Of a stretch of DNA of 64,000 bases, positions 11,157 to 20,313 are shown one piece after another (within the stretch, counting starts at the first letter, position 1; each line of letters opens with the position of its first letter). Below the pieces are notes generated by a model. It worked only from the letters and a program-made list of their open reading frames with translations. It did not search any database and had not been told where the DNA came from. A program made the position numbers and the translations under genes. Source of the stretch: Nitrospirota bacterium (GTDB lineage Bacteria; Nitrospirota; Nitrospiria; Nitrospirales; Nitrospiraceae); the NCBI GenBank assembly GCA_963701855.1, contig CAVPBK010000014.1:32001-96000 (forward strand). Direction: 5' to 3'.

Positions 11157-11253
11157 GCTCAACGCTTGAACTCAGCGGCACTTGAGGCGGCGTGCGTGGC
11201 GCGGCAGCGCCATGCGTGACGAGTCAAGTGTCCGCTGCAGCGATTTGTTCGGC
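11157..11253 (-). mobile_element. Integron attC recombination site (97 bp) downstream of the RT gene
   Basis: Minus strand: GCCGAAC-AAATC-GCT(G)CAGCGG(A)CACTTGA ... TCAAGTGCCGCTGAGT-TCAAGC-GTTGAGC. R''/R' cores, paired L boxes and two extrahelical bases at the canonical positions. Confidence 0.85.
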
Positions 11254-11327
11254 AGCATATGGAAATGGTCTATCAAGAGAATATGGCCGTTCGCGTAGAA
11301 CTCATTTTGGGGATGTGGAATGTCCTA

Positions 11328-12824
11328 TCAGTATGCCCACGCATTCTGCTTGAACAGTTCGACTTCTTCGGGTTGTACCACTTCTTGAGCATCAGACGCT
11401 GACCCCACCACAATCTTTGATACCTCTAACGCGCACTTGAGGTCATCGCTTGCGATCCAATCGTTCTCCCACAGATCTGGGGATTGGCCATTCACGATTT
11501 GACATATCGGCTCATCACTAGTGAACGTCATACCGACTGCTTTCGGCTGTGTTACTCGTTGCAACCATATTTCAAGGTAGCCGTTATACGGCACTCGGGC
11601 CATCTTTTTGTGAACCTTCTTCCACAGTCGAGCTTTCTCTTCGGTTGAGGCAAGTGAGATGAGGTGGCTCAGGATGGCCGCAACAGCGGGGAAAGTGGCC
11701 GGCGAAACGAACGCAATGTCCGCTGCAATCGCAACTTGCACCTCAAGATCGTCAGGATTTTCAGTTTGCGTCGAAATTTTGGTGTGAAACTCGCTAACCA
11801 AGCGTCGGAGCGCTCCACTATTCGGGAAGCGCTGCCCGAATGAATGTAGTCTTAGAAGTTGTTTCTGAATCGTTTTTGCATTTGCATCTCCTAGGTCTTG
11901 TAGATCAATGCCTGCCAACTTGTCCGGTTTGATTGATCCCTCGACGACATTCCTGCATAAGAAAGTCTTAGCTACGCCTAGCTTCATTCCGACTGACCGC
12001 AATTTATCACTGATAATTTTCAGTATCTCTTCGGCTCGATCGTCGCTATTGGAAAATATCTTGTAATCGTCGCGATATCTGAGTATCCGAAAATCGGCCT
12101 GATCGTCTAGAGCGGAGTTGATTTGTTGGTCAACATACCCAAGAACGATCTCCGCCACAAAGTCCATCAAGACAGAACCCTGAGAAATGCCGTTGGTCTG
12201 TCCGTACCTGCCTGCTTGGATGTGTGAATCGATTTTTTCTCCGAGAAGAGAGTTTTTCCCTTTTTCCCTCTTGGCTTCTTCAAGGCCGTGGAGTGCCCAG
12301 GAAATGCTGTGTGTATATAGAGATCCGTAACAGTCTGTTACATCGGTGTGAAGAATGTGACTGAATTCCAGAGAGTAGACTAGAGATCGCTGCTCGACAC
12401 TTTGCCACCAGCTCTTAATCTGTGTTGCCACATCTGCTTGATTGTCTAGCGACATCACTGGAGCGCTGCAACAGTCAACAGCGCCATCTTCAAACTCAGA
12501 TAAGCGTTTAGTGATATGTGTCCAATTCTCCGGGGCGCAGATTACATTCACCAAAGAGACATAAAGCGCCGGGTGCATCAGCTCATATGGACGCCACGCG
12601 AACTTGCCATCCTTATTTGCGATAAAGTTGTAGTTTACGTTTGGCAAATCCTTAGGGTTCTTCGACTTAAATGCAGCATAGTTCCCCCCTTTCAAGACCG
12701 TCTCGACGTCGTTCAGAATCGGCTCGAAGCTGATGTAGCTAGGCAAGTCACCATTGAAGTAGCTACTCTCCTTCAAGAAGTGCTTTCTTGCTTCTTCGTT
12801 TGAAAGCTCAACTAATCGCTTCAT
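11328..12824 (-). CDS. Reverse transcriptase of the Abi/UG defence class (Abi-P2-like)
   Basis: NKDGKFAWRPYELMHPALY, TDVTDCYGSLYTHSISWALHG, GISQGSVLMDFVAEIVLG, catalytic YRDD, followed by a helical C-terminal extension; visibly AT-richer than its flanks. Confidence 0.88.
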   Translation of the reverse strand: MKRLVELSNEEARKHFLKESSYFNGDLPSYISFEPILNDVETVLKGGNYAAFKSKNPKDLPNVNYNFIANKDGKFAWRPYELMHPALYVSLVNVICAPENWTHITKRLSEFEDGAVDCCSAPVMSLDNQADVATQIKSWWQSVEQRSLVYSLEFSHILHTDVTDCYGSLYTHSISWALHGLEEAKREKGKNSLLGEKIDSHIQAGRYGQTNGISQGSVLMDFVAEIVLGYVDQQINSALDDQADFRILRYRDDYKIFSNSDDRAEEILKIISDKLRSVGMKLGVAKTFLCRNVVEGSIKPDKLAGIDLQDLGDANAKTIQKQLLRLHSFGQRFPNSGALRRLVSEFHTKISTQTENPDDLEVQVAIAADIAFVSPATFPAVAAILSHLISLASTEEKARLWKKVHKKMARVPYNGYLEIWLQRVTQPKAVGMTFTSDEPICQIVNGQSPDLWENDWIASDDLKCALEVSKIVVGSASDAQEVVQPEEVELFKQNAWAY

Positions 12825-12846
12825 AGGCTTCAGAATTATTTTGATC

Positions 12847-12869
12847 GCATAACGCGGCGTGGGTTATGT
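12847..12869 (-). mobile_element. Cassette 5' boundary / collapsed attC remnant
   Basis: Minus strand ACATAAC-CCACGCCGC-GTTATGC, with the GTT core just upstream of the RT ATG. Confidence 0.5.
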
Positions 12870-13267
12870 GTTCAACGAAAGAATGTAGTTGCCTTACCAT
12901 GCTATTTGTGTGCGCAGATGGTGGGGACATTCTACTTTTTCGAGCATGACGAGTCTATCTCTAGTCAGAGCCTCGGATGGAAGGGATGGGCACGGAGGCT
13001 TTCGCCATGGCGTCATATGCCGATTGCTTGCCAAACCAAGTGCAGTGGCGTCGTTCTTCCGGTCCGGTAAGGCGCACGGCCAACAATGAAGCGCCCATTT
13101 GCAGTCTTGCGTCATCGCATCATGGTGAAGCCGGAGCTGTCCGCCCTTCGTCAGCCGAGACATTTTTCTGCCCGACCAAGTCAGAAAGGGTCGCTCCGAA
13201 AGATGAGGGGTGGTGGCTCTGATAGGTACCGGCTGTGGTGGCTCGATGTGGAGTGTAAAGGGTTGGG

Positions 13268-13564
13268 TTACAGCAAGTAACGGTCGATGTTGAGCGCGCC
13301 ATGGAAAACGCCGAGAATATCGATCGCACCGGAATCTCTGATTATATAAGCGATTCGATAATGCCCATGTAGAAGAATGCGGATGTGTCGGTCTGCTCGC
13401 TGCCAGTAGCGATAGCCTGACTCGGGGAATTCTCTGAGGACTTCTGCTTTCTGGTAGAGCGTTTCTACGGTGCGATAGGCAGCGGCGGGGTTATCTTGCG
13501 CAATATAGTCGTGGATGTCGCGCAGCCATCGTTCGGCTTCGACTGTCCAGGTCAGCTCCCCCAT
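13268..13564 (-). CDS. Type II TA toxin, RelE/ParE family
   Basis: WTVEAERWLRDIHDYIAQDNPAAA ... LREFPESG ... YRIAY ... ILGVFHG. Confidence 0.9.
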   Translation of the reverse strand: MGELTWTVEAERWLRDIHDYIAQDNPAAAYRTVETLYQKAEVLREFPESGYRYWQRADRHIRILLHGHYRIAYIIRDSGAIDILGVFHGALNIDRYLL

Positions 13565-13737
13565 GTCTTGATGCGGCGCCCCATCTCTTCATGGCTGATC
13601 GTTCTTCGGGTATCGGAGTCCGCAAGCCCTCGTTCGATCATTCTGGCAAAGGCCAACTCCCGAAGAATTTCGTCGTAGGAACTGTCGTCTGGCTGGTCTT
13701 GAAGGATTTTGGCGATCTGTTCTTTTGCGGAAGGCAT
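13552..13737 (-). CDS. Putative antitoxin
   Basis: Small ORF overlapping the toxin start; QPDDSSYDEIL, IERGLAD, TISHEE typical of ParE-associated antitoxins; GAGGTG RBS. Confidence 0.82.
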   Translation of the reverse strand: MPSAKEQIAKILQDQPDDSSYDEILRELAFARMIERGLADSDTRRTISHEEMGRRIKTWGS

Positions 13738-13855
13738 GATCACCTCGTTAATTGAGATAACGATTCACTGACCCTACGCTCACAAGCTTAGCGGTAAGCC
13801 TCTTGATTTACAAGCAACCAACTGGATGTACCGATCATTTCACGGACGGCGGTTT

Positions 13856-14497
13856 CTAGCCGAAGAGATCCATTTGAGTCGGCTGCGGCGGTTCGATGTT
13901 GAGGGCTGGAGCGGCTGGCGTTGTGGATTCGGCTGGGGTCGGTTGAGAATGGCGGTCGAGGAATTCTCTTAACTTCTTGAAGTCTTCCTTGAGTGGTTCG
14001 AGCATGCTGCCTTGGTGCAAGGCTGCGGCTGGATGCAGTAAGGGGAAGAGGACGAAGTCTTTCAAGTAGAAGGCCTGGCCGCGAACCTTGGTAATCCCCA
14101 CCTTCCGTTCCAGTAATGTTTGCGTCGCCCAATTCCCCAACGTGCAGACTAGTTTGGGGTGGATCATCGCGATCTGTTGCATGAGAAATGGTTTACATGT
14201 CTCGACTTCATCCGGCTCCGGGTCGCGGTTATTCGGAGGCCGGCACTTGATCACATTGGCGATGTAGATGTCGCTGCGTGACAATCCAGCTGATTGTAGG
14301 AGATCGTTCAAGAGTTTTCCTGCAGCCCCGACAAACGGTTCCCCTTGCTGGTCCTCATGGAAGCCAGGCGCTTCCCCTACGAACATCACGCTCGCATGCG
14401 GATTTCCCACACCAAACACCACTTGGGTTCGGCCCATCTTCGCGAGCTTGCAACGTTGGCAGTTGTGCAGAGACTTGCCGAGTTCGAGGAGAGTCAT
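13856..14497 (-). CDS. udg: Uracil-DNA glycosylase family 4
   Basis: CQRC Fe-S ligands, GEAPG, GEPFVGAAG, KCRPPNNRDP, LHPAA. Confidence 0.95.
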   Translation of the reverse strand: MTLLELGKSLHNCQRCKLAKMGRTQVVFGVGNPHASVMFVGEAPGFHEDQQGEPFVGAAGKLLNDLLQSAGLSRSDIYIANVIKCRPPNNRDPEPDEVETCKPFLMQQIAMIHPKLVCTLGNWATQTLLERKVGITKVRGQAFYLKDFVLFPLLHPAAALHQGSMLEPLKEDFKKLREFLDRHSQPTPAESTTPAAPALNIEPPQPTQMDLFG

Positions 14498-14627
14498 GAT
14501 GGTGAAGGGGGCCGGTGAAAATTTCAAAGGATTTTAGGCGGGCCGACTTTTCTTGTCAATGGAAGGGAAACGTGTGAAAAATGGTTGCGCAGACTGCCAT
14601 GTCTGTATGGAGCCAAAGGAGGACATC

Positions 14628-15284
14628 ATGCCATTCATAAAACGGCTCGTAGTCGGATTTTTTGTCTTCACGATGAGTGTAGGCGCGGCCTGGGCTGCTG
14701 AACGAGGGTATCAGCTTGTCGCCAGCAAGGACAGCAAGCTCTGCGCAAGAGCGCTGGAAGCGTTTCGTGAGGATGTGGACGATCGATGGCGGCTGCGATA
14801 CCAGCACGAGATCTTTCGGCAGATTCCCTGGAAGCCGGTCGAGTTGAAGGGGCAAGGGCCAAAAACGAGGCATTGCTCGAGTCTCGATAAAGCGGTATTT
14901 GATTTGGATAATGATGGGCAACCGGATTTGGTGGTCAAGACAACGTTCTGTATGAAGGGGAGTCCGAGCGACAGTTTCTATATGTTTCCTGCCAATAGCG
15001 CTGTTCTTGAGCAAGCCAATTGGCAGGACTTGTCGCCTCTGATGGCGACGCCTGATAAGTTCGAGCGGACGGGCGGGGCCTATCCCTTGACGCAACTTCC
15101 TATTGAGGAAACAGGCGTGAGCCGGACGACATTGGCAGGGGTCTTTACAGTTCAACCCTTCATGGTGGACGAGAGCGCGTACGTTAGTCTGACGGATGGG
15201 CGTGCTGAATGGACCGTGATCGCGCAATACCGAGGCAACGGACGTTTCGAGGACCTTTGTTACCTTCATGCGGCGGCAAAGTAG
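14628..15284 (+). CDS. Hypothetical exported protein
   Basis: AGGAGG RBS, signal peptide ending AWA, four Cys, DLDNDG Ca-binding-like motif. Confidence 0.7.
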   Translation: MPFIKRLVVGFFVFTMSVGAAWAAERGYQLVASKDSKLCARALEAFREDVDDRWRLRYQHEIFRQIPWKPVELKGQGPKTRHCSSLDKAVFDLDNDGQPDLVVKTTFCMKGSPSDSFYMFPANSAVLEQANWQDLSPLMATPDKFERTGGAYPLTQLPIEETGVSRTTLAGVFTVQPFMVDESAYVSLTDGRAEWTVIAQYRGNGRFEDLCYLHAAAK

Positions 15285-15495
15285 GGAATTGCCTATTCCG
15301 ATCTATATCCCTTGGCGTTAGACAGATATTGCGCAACGCGTTGATGCTCGATATTCCATGCAGTGCCCGGGCGTGGTCGCTCGGGCTTTTGGCGTCTGGG
15401 CCAAACGGAGAAAAGTTGCTCTGGTTGTAGAAGTGGTTTTCGTTCACTAGACTCGCCTTTCCCGCCAATCTCGCGTGTCTCGCTCTGCGATCCTG

Positions 15496-16842
15496 TTAGC
15501 GGTGCGTGATTGCATCGGCGCAGCGGTTGCCGCTGACGATGGCGCTTTCGAGGTTGGGTGGCCATCCTGTGTCGGTCCAACTACCAGCCAGCAGCAAGTT
15601 GGCAATGGGACTGCGTTGGATGGGTCGATGTAATTTGGCTCCAGGCTTGAGTGAGAGGATGGCGTTGGAGATCGTTCGGCATCGGGTCGCTGCAATCCTG
15701 CGGTCGGGCGTCAGAAGTCCCCACGATTTGAGCAGGTCAGGGATAGCGATATCAAGCTGTGAGTCAGGGCGAGCCTGATCGAATTGACTGTCGGTGGTGA
15801 TGAGGGAGAAGGCTGTGCGATCAGGCGCTGCCGCTGTCGCAAGTACCAAGTGAAAGGATGTGTCACCCAGCAAGATGAGGCGAGGAGTGGCGCAGGGTTG
15901 CTCGACATGCACATGAAGGTTTGTGCTGTCGATCGATCGCAATTCCACGAGTTGTTGAAAATAGGCGTAGCGGGTTAGCCATCGTTCTGGAAGCAGGGAC
16001 GTGAGCTGTTGCGGAGGCAGGGCTGTCACATACCAATCGGCTTGCAATAAGGAACCATCTCGCAGCAAGACGCCGGAGATACGGTCTTGTTCGTAACGGA
16101 GTTGTGTCGCCTCAGTATTGTGCAAGATGGCGGCGCCCTCCTGCATCAACACCTCGCTGATCGGCTGTACGAAGCAGGTCTGAAGCGAGTCCTGCACGAC
16201 CGAGATGCAGCTATCGGGATGAGTGCTGAGGAACAAGGGCTTCATCGAGCGCACGAAGGCATCGGCGGACATCGTGGCGAGACCGTTGCCGGTCAACCAT
16301 TGCGCGAGAGGATTCCAGACGACCCGACGCGTCTGCGCACTTTGTCCGATCGAAGTAAGCCATTCATCGGCGGTGCGTTGCTCCAGATCGGCAGGCAGCT
16401 CTGCATCGCCTTCCCACAGCTGCTCCACCCATGATGCCAACCGCCACCGTTCATTCCAGGGAATGCCTGCAAATCTCAGGAGGTTTGCCCAGGTGTGAAG
16501 AGGAGCGGGGAAGGAGGTGCGTGGGTAATGAACGAAAGAGCCATCAGGGAGGCGAAATTCTAGCGGGATAGCAATTTTTTCCGGCTGCTGTGGACTGGAA
16601 TGCAGCGAATGTAGCAATGCTTGTGTCGCGTGATGGCAACCGAGGATAGTGAAGGGCTCAGGGTCATTGTGAGGGTCTTCGCCTATGAGGGCTCCTCCAA
16701 GCAGGGGGCGCCGTTCGATGACTGTGACGCGATAGCCCTGGCGGGTGAGGCGGTAGGCGGCGGTGAGACCGGCCAGGCCTCCTCCAAGAATCGCGACGGA
16801 CTGGGGGTTAGGGGACCTCACGAGGATCGGGTGCGAAACCAC
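15496..16842 (-). CDS. hpnE: Hydroxysqualene dehydroxylase HpnE-like FAD oxidoreductase
   Basis: GGGLAGLTAA FAD motif, LAGSWTDTGWPPNLESAIVSG; overlaps hpnD. Confidence 0.8.
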   Translation of the reverse strand: MVSHPILVRSPNPQSVAILGGGLAGLTAAYRLTRQGYRVTVIERRPLLGGALIGEDPHNDPEPFTILGCHHATQALLHSLHSSPQQPEKIAIPLEFRLPDGSFVHYPRTSFPAPLHTWANLLRFAGIPWNERWRLASWVEQLWEGDAELPADLEQRTADEWLTSIGQSAQTRRVVWNPLAQWLTGNGLATMSADAFVRSMKPLFLSTHPDSCISVVQDSLQTCFVQPISEVLMQEGAAILHNTEATQLRYEQDRISGVLLRDGSLLQADWYVTALPPQQLTSLLPERWLTRYAYFQQLVELRSIDSTNLHVHVEQPCATPRLILLGDTSFHLVLATAAAPDRTAFSLITTDSQFDQARPDSQLDIAIPDLLKSWGLLTPDRRIAATRCRTISNAILSLKPGAKLHRPIQRSPIANLLLAGSWTDTGWPPNLESAIVSGNRCADAITHR

Positions 16843-17687
16843 ACTCCGGCGGCCACGGCCAGTCGACGACTCGCTGAGAGTCGGGCGCGAGGGCCGAATA
16901 TCCGATGCTTCGGTTCCTCAATCTTTTTTAGAATTCTGAAATACACCGCGCGCATGATTTCAGCGACCGTCAACGCCTGCCGGTCGCTTGCCGGCAAGGC
17001 TTCAAACGCCGCCTGCGCTTTTGCATAGTATTCATGGGCTCTCGCGGTTTCGAAATGGAATAGTTCGTGGAAGGCGTCGCTTTCTTGCTGTTGGAGGACT
17101 GTTTGATCGGTGCAGCTAAACTTGTGGAGATCTTCGTGCGGGAGATAGATGCGACCTTGGGCTGCGTCTGTTCCAATGTCTCGTAGAATGTTCGTCAATT
17201 GAAACGCCATACCGAGAGCGACGGCATAGTCTTGTGCTCTGGCAGATGTGGGGCCGAAGATATGGAGGCAGATCAGTCCCACGACCGACGCAACACGATA
17301 GCAATAGAGCGAGAGGTCTTGAAACGAGGCATACCGTGACGCCGAGAGATCCATTTCGACCCCGTTGATCAGTTCATCGAAATAGGCCTGCGGGATAGCG
17401 AGTTGCCTCACATGCTCGGCCAAACTAATGGTCACCGGAAAGGTCGGTGTCCCGCGATAGGCCGCGTCAAGCTCAGCACGCCACTTTCTGAGTTCCTCTT
17501 GGGGATTGCTTCCTGTCGGCGGCTCATCGACCGCATTGTCGACTTCCTTGCAGAACGCATAGACCGTGTACATCGCGGCGCGCCGTTTTCTTGGAAGGAA
17601 GAGGAAGGAATAATAGAAATTGCTCCCGCTCTTCTTGGTGAGAGCCGTGCAATAGGCTTGCGCATCAGCGACAGAGCGTGAAGTCAT
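16818..17687 (-). CDS. hpnD: Presqualene diphosphate synthase HpnD
   Basis: SGSNFYYSF, YAFCKEVDNAVD, YCYRVASVVG, QLTNILRDIGTD, GRIYLP. Confidence 0.88.
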   Translation of the reverse strand: MTSRSVADAQAYCTALTKKSGSNFYYSFLFLPRKRRAAMYTVYAFCKEVDNAVDEPPTGSNPQEELRKWRAELDAAYRGTPTFPVTISLAEHVRQLAIPQAYFDELINGVEMDLSASRYASFQDLSLYCYRVASVVGLICLHIFGPTSARAQDYAVALGMAFQLTNILRDIGTDAAQGRIYLPHEDLHKFSCTDQTVLQQQESDAFHELFHFETARAHEYYAKAQAAFEALPASDRQALTVAEIMRAVYFRILKKIEEPKHRIFGPRARLSASRRLAVAAGVWFRTRSS

Positions 17688-18619
17688 GAGTATTGGCGCG
17701 TCGGCAATGGTCCAAGGCGACAGGCCATGGACTCATGAATGTGGTTGTGACCTGACGGGTGCAGGATGGCAGCCAAGAGTTCGATGCCGTCGATAAGTCG
17801 CGGGCCCGGCCTGCTGAAATAGGACGAGGCATCGACCAGGAATGTGCGTTGCGCCAGGTCCTGGGAGAGGCGCCATTGATCCGGTTGCTGCAGTAGTTGG
17901 AGCAGTTCTGTTTGTGTCCGTTCAACAGAAAACCCGCAGGGCATCACGATGAGAACGTCTGGAGCTGCGGCAAAAATCTCGTCCCACGTCACAACCCGCG
18001 AGGGGCTGCCAGGCTGCGCGAGGACATCCTGGCCGCCGGCTAGCTGGACCATTTCAGGTACCCAATGGCCTGCGACGTACAGTGGAGAAAGCCATTCGAT
18101 ACAGACCACGCGAGGGCGATGCGAAATGTCCTGGACTCGAGTTCGGATGGTGTCCAGTCGGTCACGTAATTGCGTGGCGAGGCGGTGGCCCTCCGCCGAC
18201 CGACCGGCGGCGTCGCCGATTCGAACGACATCGTCGATCACGTCATGGACCGTACTGGGGTTCAACGTGAGAACGGTCGGTTGCTGTGGCATGGAGCAAA
18301 GGGCATCGTGGAGCTGGTCCGGCGTGACAGCACAGACATGACAGAGGTCTTGGGACAGAATCAGATCGGGTTGCGCTTGCCGCAACAGATGATCGTTCAG
18401 CCGATACAGCCGCTGTCCTGACGCCACCAGTTGATGAACCTGTCTGTCGATGTCGTTGCTGGACAGTCCATGAGGTGGAATTATCGGTTCAACCATGACG
18501 GGCACATCCTTGATCGATGGTGGGTAGTCGCACTCGTGACTGATCCCAACCAATTCATCGCTCAGGCCTAGCGAGGCAATTATTTCGGTCGCACTTGGAA
18601 GCAGGGAGCAGATTCTCAT
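17684..18619 (-). CDS. Cobalamin/siderophore-binding protein (BtuF-like)
   Basis: RICSLLPSATE, GISHECDYP, QDLCHVCAV, FSRPGPRL. Confidence 0.88.
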   Translation of the reverse strand: MRICSLLPSATEIIASLGLSDELVGISHECDYPPSIKDVPVMVEPIIPPHGLSSNDIDRQVHQLVASGQRLYRLNDHLLRQAQPDLILSQDLCHVCAVTPDQLHDALCSMPQQPTVLTLNPSTVHDVIDDVVRIGDAAGRSAEGHRLATQLRDRLDTIRTRVQDISHRPRVVCIEWLSPLYVAGHWVPEMVQLAGGQDVLAQPGSPSRVVTWDEIFAAAPDVLIVMPCGFSVERTQTELLQLLQQPDQWRLSQDLAQRTFLVDASSYFSRPGPRLIDGIELLAAILHPSGHNHIHESMACRLGPLPTRQYS

Positions 18620-18631
18620 ATCATTCGGTTC

Positions 18632-19327
18632 TTATTCGCCAGACCACAGGCGTGTGCGGAGTTCGCTGAGACGAACTTGTGGAAGACTCTGGGTGACTGC
18701 ATGGGCTTCATACAGATCTTGGATCGTGTGCGTGTTTGCCACGGCGAGGACTTTCATTCCGGCGGTCTTCGCACCGCGGATACCAGGGATGGAGTCCTCA
18801 ATCACCAAGCAGGATTCGGCAGTGATGGATTGCTCTCGGCGTGGCCGATTCAATGCATTGAGGGCGTGGAGAAAGGGTTGCGGATCGGGCTTCCCTCTGG
18901 TCACGTCTTCTGCGCTGGTGATGTGAAGAAACATTTTTTGGAGTCCTGCCTGTTCAAGGATCACCTCGATCTCATGGCGGAGGGCGCCGGACGCGATGGC
19001 CAAGGGGTAGGCGGCGGCGGCTTCGCACAGAAATTCGCGCACACCGGGGAAAATGACCAGATGATCCTTTACCGATTCCAGATAGGCATGAGCTTTCCGG
19101 CACATCAGTTGCGCGATGACGGCTGGGTCAGTGGAGCGCTGGTGCGCGGTGAGTGCTGCGATAAAGCAGCCTCGATCGTCGTACCCCAAGTAGTTGGCGT
19201 AGTAGTCTGACTCAGTCAGGCTGATGCCGATTTCAGCCAGAGTCTGGCGAAAACCAGCGAAATGGAGGGGCTCGGTGTTCGCGATCACGCCATCGAAGTC
19301 AAAGATAATCGCTGAGAGCGTGTTCAT
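18632..19327 (-). CDS. HAD family phosphatase
   Basis: FDFDGVI, GKPDP, VIEDSIPG. Confidence 0.92.
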   Translation of the reverse strand: MNTLSAIIFDFDGVIANTEPLHFAGFRQTLAEIGISLTESDYYANYLGYDDRGCFIAALTAHQRSTDPAVIAQLMCRKAHAYLESVKDHLVIFPGVREFLCEAAAAYPLAIASGALRHEIEVILEQAGLQKMFLHITSAEDVTRGKPDPQPFLHALNALNRPRREQSITAESCLVIEDSIPGIRGAKTAGMKVLAVANTHTIQDLYEAHAVTQSLPQVRLSELRTRLWSGE

Positions 19328-19456
19328 TGGGATCGCATCGATAGTTTTGGTATGACCACGAAATGTAAAACGCGCAGATTATAGCACAGGGCGATTGCCA
19401 GATCAGGCGTAATGTGCCTGCTCTGGAGACCACTCGCGTGAAAGAAAATGCGGGGG

Positions 19457-20197
19457 TCAGAACTTCAAGCGAAGACGTTTCTCCGATACCCAACCCTGGA
19501 CACCTTCGTCGGTGCGCACCAAATACATCCATCCGTAGGCCTGAAGATCACCGTCCATGACGGTCAGTGAGACTCCCGGTCGAACTATTGGCCCAGGCTT
19601 GCTGCTCGATGAATCTGCGAACAGCGGAATGTTTCCGCCGGGAGCCCGTTCGTCTAGGGTGACGGTCACTTTCTGTCCTTCACTGAACATCGGGTCGAGA
19701 GGAGGTACGACGGGTGTAGCGGCTCTGGCTGCCATTTGGGGCGGTGGAACGATTGCTGGGGCTGCAGGGGGGACGGCAGTGGCGGGAGAGGTTGCTGGCG
19801 CCAAGGGGGCGGAGGCTTCGTTCCTCGGGCTGGGAGCGGCTTGCGGTGCGGGCACCGGTGGAACTACGGGTGCCGGAATCGACGGCTTCGGTTTCATGGC
19901 CATTGGTGGCGGGGTGCTCTCACCCAGATAGGGGCTCAGCCACTCTTCCAGCATCTCCGGCTCCATGGTGGCGACATAGGCAATGCCTCCGACAAGAGCT
20001 AGGAGTAGTACCCAGAGAATCGGGCTTCCCCCACCGGATTTCTTGCGGGGGGTTATCGGGCCACGTGCTTTCGTGGCGATCGTTTGATCGAGTTCTTCTT
20101 CCGTGAATTCCAAGTCCGGTTCTGGTTGGCGGGCGAAAAGAAGAGTCCAATCAAAAGGATTCAAGGCGGATGTCAGGTTCCCAACGAGCGCAGCCAT
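19457..20197 (-). CDS. Membrane-anchored Pro-rich protein with C-terminal SH3-like domain
   Basis: GGAGGT RBS before ATG 20197; one TM helix, Pro/Ala linker, WMYLVRTDEGVQGWVSE. Confidence 0.7.
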   Translation of the reverse strand: MAALVGNLTSALNPFDWTLLFARQPEPDLEFTEEELDQTIATKARGPITPRKKSGGGSPILWVLLLALVGGIAYVATMEPEMLEEWLSPYLGESTPPPMAMKPKPSIPAPVVPPVPAPQAAPSPRNEASAPLAPATSPATAVPPAAPAIVPPPQMAARAATPVVPPLDPMFSEGQKVTVTLDERAPGGNIPLFADSSSSKPGPIVRPGVSLTVMDGDLQAYGWMYLVRTDEGVQGWVSEKRLRLKF

Positions 20198-20313
20198 CGA
20201 GCACCTCCCTACTGAGCGATTCAATTCCACATGGACTAACCTGTGAAAATACCTATCACCATCGCGGAGTACTGTCAATTTACTTGAATAGTTCTGTATA
20301 CGAGAAGCGAGGC

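Noticed and set aside
11328..13260. Retron or group II intron interpretation of the RT
   Set aside because: No VTG retron motif, no YADD or maturase domain, and no a1/a2 inverted repeats framing an msr-msd upstream; the cassette boundary lies immediately before the ATG
12870..13260. Short ORFs (12894-13163, 12889-13089, 12977-13222) upstream of the RT
   Set aside because: No RBS or recognisable motifs, and they overlap on both strands; treated as non-coding or decayed
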